Assembly (NCBI RefSeq): GCF_006345805.1
Contig: NC_043004.1
Span: 95,728,001-95,792,000, forward strand
DNA from: Octopus sinensis
Lineage: Eukaryota
Direction of reading: 5' to 3'
DNA length: 64,000 bases
Made by a program: the position numbers and the translations under genes. Under the pieces are notes generated by a model. That model was given only the letters and a program-made list of their open reading frames with translations, searched no databases and was not told where the DNA came from. Shown here in pieces: positions 1-11,455 of the stretch. Each line of letters starts with the position of its first letter. The stretch's first letter is position 1.

Positions 1-703
1 TGGGAGATTTGAGAATAATGAAACAAAAAAAAACAAGAAAATGGAAAGTGAAAAAGAAAAATCAGAGAATGGGAGTGGAGGGGAAGATTGTGAAAAATAA
101 ATAAAAGCAAAAAAAGGAAAAATAAATAGAGAGAAAGAGAGTATGTGCATGATAGGAAAATAGAGAAGGAGAGAGAGAGAAGGAGGTGAGAAAAGTGGAA
201 TGGGAGGATGGAAAGAGAAGTAGAATGTAAAGGAAGGAAAACTAGTTTGAGGTTTTTAAGTGAACTCAATGTGAACATTTAAAGTCCAGTAGTATGATGG
301 TTGGGAAAGAATGAAGAGTATAACAAATAATTTCAGTTTAACTCCCAGCCTGTTCTCATCATCTTCCAGCTAAACAGCTAATTATATAGTCAAATTGAAC
401 TGAATGGTTCTAGTGAACACCAAATGGATGTGATGGGATGTGATGCCAAGCAGAAAATCTGACCAGCAGTCTAAGGCAGGGCGTGAAGGCAGTGGGAGTG
501 GAGATTCAAATAAAGAAAGCTATTCAACTAGAAACTTTAATAAACATACAGTTGTATGTACTGATTGGACTATTAACCACCCCACCACCCCACGTCATTT
601 GAGGTTCTTTCAACAATTTCTACAGAATATCCTCCATGTTCTTTGTCAAGTATCAGCTGTTTGCATATACATATTCATATACATACATGCAAACACACAC
701 ACG

Positions 704-736
<33 letters not shown>

Positions 737-769
737 GTAATATATATATATGTATATATGTATATGTGT

Positions 770-1020
770 CATCATCATCATCATTTAACGTCCGTTTTTC
801 GCGCTAGCACGGGTTGGACGGTTCAACCGGGGTCTGGGAAATCAGGGGCAGCACCGGGCTCCAGTCTGATCTGGCAGTGTTTCTACGGCTGGATGCCCTT
901 CCTAACGCCAACCACTCCGCGAGTGTAGTGGGTGCTTTTTACATGCCACCTGCACAGGTGCCAGGGGGGGGTCTGGCATCGGCCACGATCGGTTGGTGCT
1001 TTTAACGTGCCACCAGCACA
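770..1020 (-). mobile_element. RTE-LINE 3'UTR fragment (or RTE-tailed SINE) with (GAT)n tail
   Basis: Starts catcatcatttaacgtccgtttttccgcgctagc, the reverse complement of the 3' end of the RTE at 20176-21658. Confidence 0.8.
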
Positions 1021-1086
1021 TGTATATGTATATATATATATTTTCTGAGTACCTCATTTCTTCTAATATATATATATATATATATA

Positions 1087-1297
1087 AAGTTAATCCAAAC
1101 AAGAAAACACAAAAAACACAACGCGAGGACGTGGAACAAATATAGTATTATTGGACACTCAGGAAAGAAGGGAAGAAGGAGGGCTTAACGTTTCGAGTGG
1201 AGCTCTTCGTCGGAAACATAGGGGAAGGAAAGATCCAGAGAAGGTAAGACAGAGGAAAAATAATCGCCTACGGTACACATGAGGTCACCATTTGAAA
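1087..1297 (-). mobile_element. Short Penelope-like terminal fragment with degenerate hammerhead motif, between (TA)n tracts
   Basis: Near-identical second copy at 17167-17356. Minus strand reads CCGACGA-A-GAG..CTC-GAAACGTT. Confidence 0.6.
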
Positions 1298-1298
1298 G

Positions 1299-1334
<36 letters not shown>

Positions 1335-1337
<3 letters not shown>

Positions 1338-1760
1338 AATAGTAAAGAGTGAAAAAACTACAGAAGGCTTAAATGTTAAAAATATATATATATTTGCGTC
1401 AATATGTCTGAAGAATATTAGAAAATTTTTTTTTTTTTGTCTTATAATGACATAATTTAAAAGAAAGACCGGTTTCGCGTGTAGCTTTTCAAATTTCTTG
1501 CGACGTTATGTTTATGTTGAATAGAGTTATCGTTATGTTTATGTTCAGGAACATAACGATAACTCTATTCAAGATAAACATAACGTCGGAAGAAATTTGA
1601 AAAGCTACACGCGAAACCGGTCTTTCTTTTAAATTATGTCATTATAAGAGAAAAAATTTTTTTTTTTTAATTTTCTAATATTCTTCAGACATATTGACGC
1701 AAATATATATATTTTTTAACATTTAAGCATTCTGTAGTTTTTTCACTCTTTACTATTTTC
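1335..1760. repeat. ~426-bp near-perfect foldback palindrome flanked by TA
   Basis: 1335-1539 is the reverse complement of 1550-1760 with a few mismatches and a poly-T length difference; ~10-nt spacer. Confidence 0.95.
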
Positions 1761-1805
1761 TATATATTCACCCACGTGCTTTCACAAACCAACTTTCTTA
1801 TCTAT

Positions 1806-1838
<33 letters not shown>

Positions 1839-2215
1839 CACACACACATACATATGTATATGAATGTATGTATACATGTATGTATATACGTATAAGCATA
1901 TGTGCATATTATAATAAATTATACATACATGTGTGTGTGTTATGTATATGCATGTATATGTGTGAATGCATCTCACCCCATTTCTCCCTATCTCTCTTTC
2001 AGCTACCATCCCTCGTTCTGCAATATGCTAGCAAAGCCTTAAATGGTAAATATGTCTGCTCCACAGCTGGAAGGCACTCTTCTACTCCTACTCCCTATTA
2101 TAACAATTATGACCTGCTGCTAATACCCTAGTTACCTCTAATCATTTGTCTACCATAAGCTCCCTTATGCCCATGCCACTGCAATAGAATGAACCCGGAC
2201 CATGCCAAAATCATG

Positions 2216-2592
2216 ATAGTTAGTTAGTTAGTTAGTTAATTTTTTGGCTCAAAAAGCAAAAAGAAAGGCCATGTAGGAGGACATGGAGTTATGTACAGGG
2301 AGGGTGTTCATGTAAAGAGTTTAGGCCACTTGTGGTCAAGGGAGACTTTGAACCGAGCGGTCGTTGGCATCGTCACAATCTCATCCGGCAGCTTATTCCA
2401 CGGATCCGCAACCCAGACAGAGAGAGCCCCTCTCCTTCGATTGAGATGAAATTGTCGCAGATAGAGCTTTTTGGAGTGACCTCGCAGCCGACGCTCTGAA
2501 GTAGGAGTGAAGAACAGCTCTTTCGAGAGGTTACACTTTCCGCTTATGATGTTGTGAGCAAGAATGAGATCACCACGGCGTCGGCGTTATGA
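2216..2592 (-). mobile_element. CR1-type LINE 3' fragment (RT C-terminus, 3'UTR, (TAAC)n tail)
   Basis: Minus strand translates RRRGDLILAHNIISGKCNLSKELFF..RLRGHSKKLYLRQFHLNRRRGALSVWVADPWNKLPDEIV..FKVSLDHKW, the typical CR1 C-terminus. gttagttagttag tail at ~2218-2240. Confidence 0.85.
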
Positions 2593-3042
2593 TGGGAACA
2601 CCTGGCCATGTGTGACGAATGTCATCAAATCGTTGCACATGTTCTCTTCCATTCAGCTGCTGAAATCAGATATGAAACAACCTACCCAGCACTTGGTAGA
2701 AACTAGCCACTTATCAGATGCAAAACTTCAGCACTGCTGGCCATCAATGCTTACACAATGAAAGTAAGCCTGAAAAGAGAGAGAAAGAGTGTGTAAAGAT
2801 ACTGGATTGGAGGTGAGTAGATGTGTATTGTGTGCAAGATGTAGGAGGAGAGGTAACCTCAACTAGACTCTTCATGGGTAAGAAACACAGGTGAAAAGTC
2901 TCTTGCTAGGTAAATGTGCTGAGGTAGTTGTAATAGGCATAGTGTTGACAGAGGAATGGATATATACTTAGGTGAAATAATCAGGGTATGTGGCAGAATA
3001 AGTAAAGCTATGCAAGTCATGGACAATATATCAATGTATTAT

Positions 3043-3450
3043 AGGCATAGGAGTGGCTGTGTGGTAAGTAGCTTGCTTACCAACCACATGGTTCTGGGTT
3101 CAGTCTCACTGTGTGGCACCTTGGGCAAGTGTCTTCTACTATAGCCTCGGGCTGACCGAAGTCTTGGAAGCGGATTTGGTAGACAGAAACCGAAAGAAGC
3201 CTATCATAAATATATATATGTATGCGTGTATGTGTATGTGTATATGTTTGTGTTTCTGTGTTTGTCCTCCCAACATCGCTTGACAACCGATGCTGGTGTG
3301 TTTACGTTCTTGTAACTTAGTGGTTCGGCAAAAGAGACCAATAGAATAAGTACTAGGCTTACAAAGAATAAGTCCTGGGGTCGATTTGTTCAACTAAAGG
3401 TGGTGCTCCAGCATGGCCACACTCAAATGACTGAAACAAGTAAAAGAGTA
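3043..3450 (+). mobile_element. tRNA-headed SINE, family A (~420 bp, internal TA/TG microsatellite, (AAGAGTA)n tail)
   Basis: A-box-like TGGCTGTGTGG, B-box-like GGTTCAGTC; tail gaaacaagtaaaagagta; many copies in the window. Confidence 0.9.
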
Positions 3451-3572
3451 AGTGTTTTCTGCATATGAACCCCAATCAGAAGAGACAGGTGAGCAAAAGA
3501 ACCATTTAAATAAGGCTATCTTGCACATTACTTTTCTGATGAATGAAAACAATGGGGACTCAGCATGTGAAT

Positions 3573-3804
3573 TTAACCCTTTAGCATTCAAACCGGTCAC
3601 ATCTGACCAAATATTCAACATGTATTATGTTCAAACCAGTCAGATCTGGTCTCTCACACCTACCCTACAATGCCATTCTAAAAATAAAATAAAACAATCA
3701 CACCTATGAAATTTCAAAGCTACAAGATAATGCATGTTTAATCAAAATACTATGAATAATTAAGCATTATATTTGACAGTGTAATCCGAATCCTAAAGAG
3801 TTGA
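3573..3804 (+). mobile_element. piggyBac-type MITE (TTAA-CCCTTTAG end)
   Basis: ttaaccctttagcattcaaaccgg start and ctaaagagttga end; same family as 19542, 54828 and 59332. Confidence 0.7.
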
Positions 3805-3890
3805 TGGTCATGTGTAGCAAAACTACAACGTCTACTTCAACGTACCTGAAGGTTAGGGTTATGATACATGAAATGAGGTGGGATCAAGAC

Positions 3891-4120
3891 TTACTCTTTT
3901 ACTCTTTTACTTGTTTCAGTCATTTGACTGCGGCCATGCTGGAGCACCGCCTTTAATCGAGCAACTCGACCCTGGGACTTATTCTTTGTAAGCCCAGTAC
4001 TTATTCTATCGGTCTCTTTTGCTGAACCACTAAGTGACGGGGACGTAAACACACCAGCATCGGTTGTCAAGCAATGCTAGAGGGACAAACACAGACACAC
4101 AAACATATACACACACATAC

Positions 4121-4197
<77 letters not shown>

Positions 4198-4369
4198 CAT
4201 ATATACGACAGGCTTCTTTCAGTTTCCGTCTACCAAATCCACTCACAAGGCTTTGGTCGGCCCGAGGCTATAGCAGAAGACACTTGCCCAAGATGCCACA
4301 CAGTGGAACTGAACCCGGAACCATGTGGTTGGTAAGCAAGCTACTTCCCACACAGCCACTCCTGCGCCT
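3891..4369 (-). mobile_element. SINE family A, full length
   Basis: Reverse complement of the 3043-3450 family, with an expanded internal (TA)n. Confidence 0.9.
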
Positions 4370-4664
4370 ATGGAGTTCTACAATACAAATGACCTCACCA
4401 CTGCATGTCTAACAACAAGAAACCAGCCAACCATTTGTTTGCTTCACAATCAAACATACATACACTCTTTGATAGATTTCATACACCTCAGAAAATTGAG
4501 TAGGTGATTGGTCTGGACTATTAAGCTCTTCCCTGGTGAAAAATGTACTGTTCAACATATAGACTTGTGACCAGTAACTTCAGGATAAGAGCTAGATAAA
4601 CTCAAAGGCATGAGACAGTTCGGAGAAAGAAGGTACTGAAGCTGAAAGATCCTTCTGTCAGATG

Positions 4665-5535
4665 TATTGGTTTGAGGAATAATTCATGAGTGTTTTTATC
4701 AAATATAAAAATGCACACAGAAATAAAATGTATTGGCAAAAGAGAAATGTTTGCTCTACAAGATAGTGTTGCTTTGATCTCTTAATTTTATTAATTTTTG
4801 TGTATTTTCAGATCATTAAAATGGAACGTTAAGTGGTCAAAACTAAGCATTTTCGACACCATTTGCTTTTTGCATTTAATCAAGGTGTTAAGCTCACTGA
4901 AGCTGCTCATGAGATATGTGCTGTGTATGGAGAAGGAGCAATTCCTCAAAATACCACCTGCCATTGCTTTTTGCACTTTGAAAATGGGAATTTTTACCTG
5001 AAGAATGGATTACAAACCAGTCAACCAACTGAGTTTGACAAACCTTGTCCATTGAGTGAAGGTGGTTCACCACAGTTTTTTTATCACAATCTATTTGCTC
5101 CACCAATTTTCTGGTCGTTTGACGTGAATTTTCATGAAGAAGATGATTCAATCACTCTTCAGCAAACTCAGTTGGTTGACCGATGTGTAATCTGTCCTTC
5201 AGATAAGAATTTCCATTTTGAAGTGCAAAATCCAACAGCGGGTGGTACTTTGAGGCATTGTTCCTTCTCCATACACAGCACAAATCTCATGAGCAGCTTC
5301 AGCAGGATTAAGATCTTGATTAAATGCAAAAAAATAAATGGTGTTGAAAACGCTCAGTTTTGCCCACCTATTCCATTTTAATGATCTGGAAAAAAAACAC
5401 AAAAATCAATAAAATTAAAAAATCAAATGCACTATCTTGACGAGCAAGTAATTCTTTTTAAAAAAGCATTAAGCATTTTTGCCAATGCATTTTTAAATTT
5501 GAAAAAAATGCTCATGAATTTTTGCTCAACCCAAT
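4665..5535. mobile_element. Mariner-derived foldback: two inward-facing 5' ends with N-terminal transposase remnants
   Basis: Plus arm encodes ..KHFRHHLLFAFNQGVKLTEAAHEICAVYGEGAI..; minus arm encodes a diverged homologue (..AAHEICAVYGEGTM..NHLLHENSRQTTRKL). Ends tattggtttgagga / ctcaacccaat resemble mariner TIRs. Confidence 0.8.
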
Positions 5536-5659
5536 CAATTTCAAAAATAACTAGTTTACACAAACTACAGTAAGAAGGAGAGAAAGCAGCTTAAAACATA
5601 TACACTATACTGTGATACAGGGTATGTTTATGTACATCACGTGATCACATGACCAATCA

Positions 5660-5925
5660 GGCTGTCTGATGTTGTTATACATCGCTGGTCACAATACGTT
5701 TTTGCCTTGTTTTAACCTTCAAATTACGGCACCCTGCTGGCTATGCAAGCAGGCCAACATTCCCCCACTCAGCCACCCACCCACCCCTGATCAGAAGGGG
5801 GACTGGAGCAATGTGAAATAAAGTGCCTTGCTCAAGAGCACAATGCATTTCCCAGTCAGGAAATCAAACCCATGGTCTAACAATCATGAGTGCAACAGCC
5901 TAACCACTAGGCCACACACCTTCAC
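5660..5925 (-). mobile_element. Older tRNA-headed SINE (third family); related copies at ~10150-10475 (-), ~11500-11800 (-), ~33250-33480 (+)
   Basis: Shared block gactggagcaa..tgaaataaagtgccttgctcaag..cacaa and a tRNA-like head ending in ctaaccactag. Confidence 0.65.
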
Positions 5926-6521
5926 ATTCATGTATATGTTATATAAAAACGAGGTGTTTAGAGCTAAATGTACATATAGTGTTAGCTAAAATCTGTTGAT
6001 ACATTCTGTAATGCATTATGATATTGAAATAAAACACTGTTAATGAACTAATGATTTATTAATTGAACTAGCTGCCAAGAATGTATTATATATGCAAATT
6101 GGTCACTGATCTACTTAAGCTCCTCATAACAGTGGATTTATAAGTAATATCTTTATTTATAGTTAAGGAAAGTACAACACAAAATTGAAGCCAGTCTGGT
6201 TCTTCTCTCATTCTCACTTCATGAGAATAGTTTGTATCTGTTCATACATAGCTTTGGTTAAAATTTATAGATCAATCCTTTGGCACAGAATAGTATTAAA
6301 ACAAAATTCTGTTAACACACCAATAATTCATTGTAACAGATAACATCTGGGAGTTCCAGTGAAACAACTTACTACAAGCTACACATCAGAGGGCATTATT
6401 CTGAGACTGAGTGTTTGCACTTTCATACTTGCAAACAAACTCAAGCATCCAGTCATTAGTGTTCTTTACTTAGGTGTCTGACCCAATGGTTGCTAGTTTT
6501 AGAGACAGTTACAGCTCCATC

Positions 6522-6745
6522 TATTTCTTTACTACCCACAAGGGGCTAAACACAGAGAGGACAAACAAACGGATTAAGTCGATTATATCGACCCCAGTAC
6601 GTAACTGGTACTTATTTAATCGACTCCGAAAGGATGAAAGGTAAAGTCGACCTCGGCGGAATTTGAACTCACAACGTAGCGGCAGACGAAATACGGCTAC
6701 GCATTTTGCCCGGCGTGCTAACGTCTCTGCTAGCTCGCTGCCTTT
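6522..6745 (-). mobile_element. tRNA-headed SINE family B (central block resembles the Deu/Nin domain) with 15-bp TSD
   Basis: TSD agttacagctccatc at 6507-6521 and 6746-6760. Core cctttcatcctttcggagtcgattaaataagtacc on the sense strand. Confidence 0.9.
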
Positions 6746-7007
6746 AGTTACAGCTCCATCACTCTGCATCCTCCATCCTTTCATGGGATACGAAGTCCAT
6801 CTGTATCTACCTTTGAGTGATGCAAGTAGTGCCTCTTAAAAAACGTATTTTTGTGTTATTTTTACTGAATTTCATTGATGGATTATTTTATGATATTTAA
6901 GCAATAAATCATTACAAGTATAACCAGATAATATCAATCCTGTTTCTCACATTAAGTCCATTTTTCAGGCTAGCTCTAACTCTATGATAGTATTTTTTCC
7001 ATATAAG

Positions 7008-7230
7008 GTGGTGAGCTGGCAGAAACGTTAGCACACTGGGTGAAATGTTTAGCAGTATTTCATCTGTCTTTGTGTCCTGAGTTCAAATTCTGCTGAGGTC
7101 AACTTTGCCTTTCGTCCTTTCAGAGTCGATAAATTAAGTACCAGTTGCGCACTGGAGCTAATCTAATTAACTGGCTCCCTCCCACAAAATTTAGGGCCTC
7201 GTGCCTAGAGTAGAAAAGAGTATTTTTTCA
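7008..7230 (+). mobile_element. SINE family B variant with a different 3' end
   Basis: Same head and core as 6522-6745, opposite orientation. Confidence 0.8.
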
Positions 7231-7739
7231 ATATTTCTCACACATTTGTGAGTACTGGATACCATCTCCTCAAGACATGCCTAAATATTTGTAGTTTCTT
7301 CTTTTTTTGTTTTTCTGTTTCAGAAACTAATTTTTTGACTATGATGGGCTTCTTCAGCTTTATGCTTTTGTTATCATTATCAGTATCTTTTAATCATTAT
7401 CATTATTATTCTGTTGCTTCACAATATCAGTGTTGTGTCTAGTTTGATTACGCTTCCAAATAAACCACAATTCATGCTCTAGGATGTAGAACATTTTTAG
7501 TGCTTTCTATATAAAAGGCTTTTTCTGCTTTTCATAACTGTTCATGCTTTGCATTGTAAATTTTCTGGATAATTCTTACTGAACCTGGTGAACCTGTTTC
7601 CTGTACTGCATCCACTCAAAGATTAAGGATAAGTTTAGCAATGTATACTTGTAAATACTTTATCACTGGTCCCAAGGCAACAATGAAACTTGGTAGGATC
7701 GTGTCCTTGTTAATTTCTTAGTTCCAACATTTGAAAATT

Positions 7740-8270
7740 TGATATTCCAGGTTGGTATAATTTGCTGCTTTTACCTTTCTTTTTTTTATCTCTAGTGTTT
7801 GGTGTCTGGTATCATAGTTTCTTATCATTATTAATAACTCCACTTTCCAGCTTGTATTCTATTCTTCTTTTGGTTTGCACAGGAAAGTTTCACAACAACC
7901 TCACTCCATCACTTTCAAAGGCTTGCAGTTCTATTCCCTCAAAATGGCCAAAGCTCTTTTCTGTGTATGCAAAATCAAATTTCCTGTAAAGATTCCTCTA
8001 AATTATTGCAGTAATTTTATTCCTATATTTCTTTGTCTTCATTCTAAGCAAACTCTACTGCCAAAAAAGCCATTCCCCCAGTTTCTTTCTCCTACACTCC
8101 TCCCTTTAACCATAACCATCTGTCCTTGTCCCCTTCTTTTCTATTTTTCATGATCCCCTTGATCCAATATATTCTTAAGGCTTGTTCCTTTGCTACTAAA
8201 ATCATTCCCTCAGTCTCTTTCTTTAGCTCCTTTCTTTAACCAAGTTAGCTATCCTTGTCATCCCTCATCT
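7740..8270 (-). pseudogene. Decayed R4/Dong-type (RLE) non-LTR retrotransposon C-terminal region
   Basis: Minus-strand pieces KELKKETEGMILVAKEQALRIYWIK and RNLYRKFDFAYTEKSFGH..VRLL*NFPVQTKRRIE match the R4/Dong region between RT and the RLE nuclease. Many stops and frameshifts. Confidence 0.65.
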
Positions 8271-8457
8271 TATTATTATATAAGGTTTTAGTAGCATTTC
8301 TTCCATCTTTTTACAGTTTGAGTTCAAATCCCACTGAGCCTGGACTTGGCCTTTCATCTTTCAGGGTCAGTAAAACAAGTACTAGCTGAACAAATACATT
8401 GATGCAATCGACAATCCCCCTCCCCTTAAATTGCTGGCCTTGAACCAAAATGTGCGA

Positions 8458-8549
8458 CCATTATTATCCTTATTATCATCATTATTATTATTATTATTAT
8501 CATTATTATTATTATTATTATTATTATCATTATTATTATTATTATCATC

Positions 8550-8596
<47 letters not shown>

Positions 8597-8619
8597 CATT
8601 ATTATTATTATTATCATCG

Positions 8620-8682
<63 letters not shown>

Positions 8683-8750
8683 GTTTCCTCCTCCTCCTCC
8701 TCCTCATCATCATCATCATCATCGTCATCATTGTTATCATCAGTTTAAAT
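8458..8750. repeat. (ATT)n/(ATC)n/(CCT)n compound microsatellite
   Basis: Direct reading. Confidence 0.97.
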
Positions 8751-9345
8751 CTTGTTAAAGCCAACTTTGTCTTTCAGCTTTCCAGATTCAATAATATCAG
8801 CAGTCATCAATCTGATTGACTGTTCCCTAACTCAGAATTATAATTTATTGCTCTCATAACCATCACTGTAATTGGACTAATATCTGTTTTACACCGAAGC
8901 TTAAAATCACCCATACATCTTCATCTTGTCATCTATAACTTATAAGATACATTTTGTATCAACAGCTACAGATCTAATTTAGCAACTTCATGACAACACT
9001 TACATAGTAGAAAACAGTGTCTAGATCTACTTTATCATTTCTCCTATCTAGCACTGTGTCATTTATAGTGTGTAGTAATATTTAACTCTGTGGTTGATAA
9101 AGACTTCAACAATTCATCACTGTTTACTGTATGACTTTCGAAAGACTAATACTGCTGTACAAGGAGTGTAAGATATTTGTGGAGTATGTATCTTGATTCA
9201 GTGGACTTGTAAATGTTAACCATGGCTTAAAAAGTTTAGCAATGGGGTTTATCATCTTTCCAATAAGCCTCATTCCGGAAGATTAGCAACTTTGGATGAT
9301 GATTTTTTTTTTTTTTTTTTTAAAGAAATATTAGCATCAGATTTA

Positions 9346-9950
9346 TACCTATTTCTTTACTACCCACAAGGGGCTAAACACAGAGGAGACAAACAAGGAC
9401 AGACAAAGGGATTAAGTCTATTATATCGACCCCAGTGCATGACTGGTACTTCTTTAATCGACCCCGAAAGGATGAAAGGCAAAGTCGACCTCGGCGGAAT
9501 TTGAACTCAGAACGTAGCGGCAGACGAAATACCTGTTTCTTTACTACCCACAAGGGGCTAAACACAGAGGGGACAAACAAGGACAGACAAACGGATTAAG
9601 TCGATTATATCGACCCCAGTGCGTGACTGGTACTTCTTTAATCGACGCCGAACAGATGAAAGGCAAAGTCGACCTCGGCGGAATTTGAACTCAGAACGTA
9701 GCGGCAGATGAAATACCTATTTCTTTACTACCCACAAGGGGCTAAACACAGAGGGGACAAACAAGGACAGACAAACGGATTAAGTCGATTATATCGACCC
9801 CAGTGTGTGACTGGTACTTCTTTAATCGACCCCGAAAGGATGAAAGGCAAAGTCACCCTCGGCAGAATTTGAACTCGGAATGTAACGGCAGACGAAATAC
9901 TGCTAAGCATTTCGCCCGGCGTGCTAACGATTCTGCCAGCTCGCCGCCCT
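9346..9950 (-). mobile_element. SINE family B head-to-tail trimer (one head, three bodies)
   Basis: ~185-bp body repeated at ~9348-9531, 9533-9716 and 9718-9900; tRNA-like head only at ~9900-9950. Confidence 0.9.
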
Positions 9951-10608
9951 AGATTTATACCAAAAGCACAAAGGATTTGGCATAGAAACTGACTGACATT
10001 TCAACTATCTATATGCATTACAAATGAATTGAGGAAAAATCGAAAGATGTGATTTGGTTTCCTCTTGTGCTCTCATTAAAAACCCAAACTTCATGTTCTA
10101 CTAAATGCTGCAGTCTTTTAACTAGGGATAACAATCTCTTGTTTCATAACAACTGCCTGGCACTTAGTTGGTTGCAACAACAAGGATTCCAGTTGATTCA
10201 GTTAGCAGAAGAGCCTGCTCATGAAATTAATGTGCAAGTTACTGAGCATTCCACGGACATGAGTACCCTTAAAGTAGTTCTCAGGGAGATTCAGAGTGTC
10301 ACAGTGTGACAAGGCTGGCCCTTTGAAATGCAGGTCCTACTCGTTTTTGCCAGCTGATTGAACTGGAGCAGCATGAAATGAAATATCTCACTCAAGGTCA
10401 CAACGCACTACTGGGAATTGAACTCATGACCTTACAATCGAAAGCCAAATACCCTACCCACTAAGCTATACATCTTCACATGACAACTGCATTGTTATGA
10501 AAAATGGGCACAGCATGTTAATTGGAAGCCAAGAATACAACAAATAGAAAAATCATTTCTATATCGCTGAACGAGAAACATTCAGTAACAGTACTCTAAA
10601 ATAAAGAT

Positions 10609-10713
10609 TATTTGCCAACATAATGTGGCAGTCCTGATTAGGACGAATGTTACTGAGGCTAAATGACAGTAACATTCGTCCTAATCAGGATTGCCACATT
10701 ATATTGGCAAATA
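10609..10713. mobile_element. ~105-bp TA-flanked hairpin (micro-MITE)
   Basis: TA-TTTGCCAA...TTGGCAAA-TA; ~47-bp stem with 2 non-Watson-Crick positions and an 11-nt loop. Confidence 0.7.
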
Positions 10714-10779
10714 AAAAATACAATGGTTAGCAGTAAATAAGAAACCAGTGTTTGCATTAAAAAAAAAATCAGGATTTTA

Positions 10780-11455
10780 TCCAAAGAGGTCCTTGCTATG
10801 CCTCTATTGGAATATGCATAGTGTTGTTCATTATGAGGTACTGTAACAAGGCTGATATTTGTTGTCGGTAAATTGATAACCTAAATCAAGCATTATGTCA
10901 AAAGTGGCCAGCTTTAGTGAAAAGGAAAAGTGCTTGACAATGCAAGGGCTCACTCAGCATTACAAACCTAAGAAAAAAATTCAGATCATTAGGGTGGGAA
11001 GTTCTTCAGGTCTACAATATTCACCAAATTTAGCACCTATGGATTATTAGATTATCACTTGTTCTAAACACAAGAGCTTTCCATAGGTGACAAAACATTG
11101 TGAAACAAACAACATGGCAAACATTTTTGGGGAAAAATACAGAAATTTTATAACAAGGTGTTACACATTCATATCTATGTGTATACGTGTGGCACTATTT
11201 GTTAGTGAACAGTACGAACTGTGTTTTAAAGTAAACAGTATTACTACGCTGTGTCTGAAGGTATATAGGTGTCGCTGCGCTGAGTGTGCGCAGTTCCTGT
11301 ATTACGAAAAGTAAATAAACACGTGAAAGAATATCTATGCTTCGTATTGAGTTGTCTATCCCAGTAGAAAGAAACTACACATAACACAAGGTATCAAAAA
11401 TATGACATCCTGATGGGCTCCATTCATAGACAATGATGAAGGTTACATTATTAAT
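10780..11455 (+). pseudogene. Decayed mariner transposase C-terminus, interrupted by a solo LTR
   Basis: Pieces QKWPALVKRK, LRKKFRSLGWEVL, YSPNLAPMDY, and YNKG|IKNMTS*WAPFIDNDEGYII, which rejoins across the LTR. Confidence 0.7.
11159..11386 (+). mobile_element. Solo LTR (228 bp) of an LTR retrotransposon
   Basis: TGTTA...TAACA termini; perfect 5-bp TSD CAAGG (11154-11158 and 11387-11391); TATATA at 11262; AATAAA at 11314; CpG-richer than the flanks. Confidence 0.9.

Noticed and set aside
440-928. 162-aa ORF at the window start
   Set aside because: Runs from unrecognised sequence through a microsatellite into an RTE tail; no homology or splice support.
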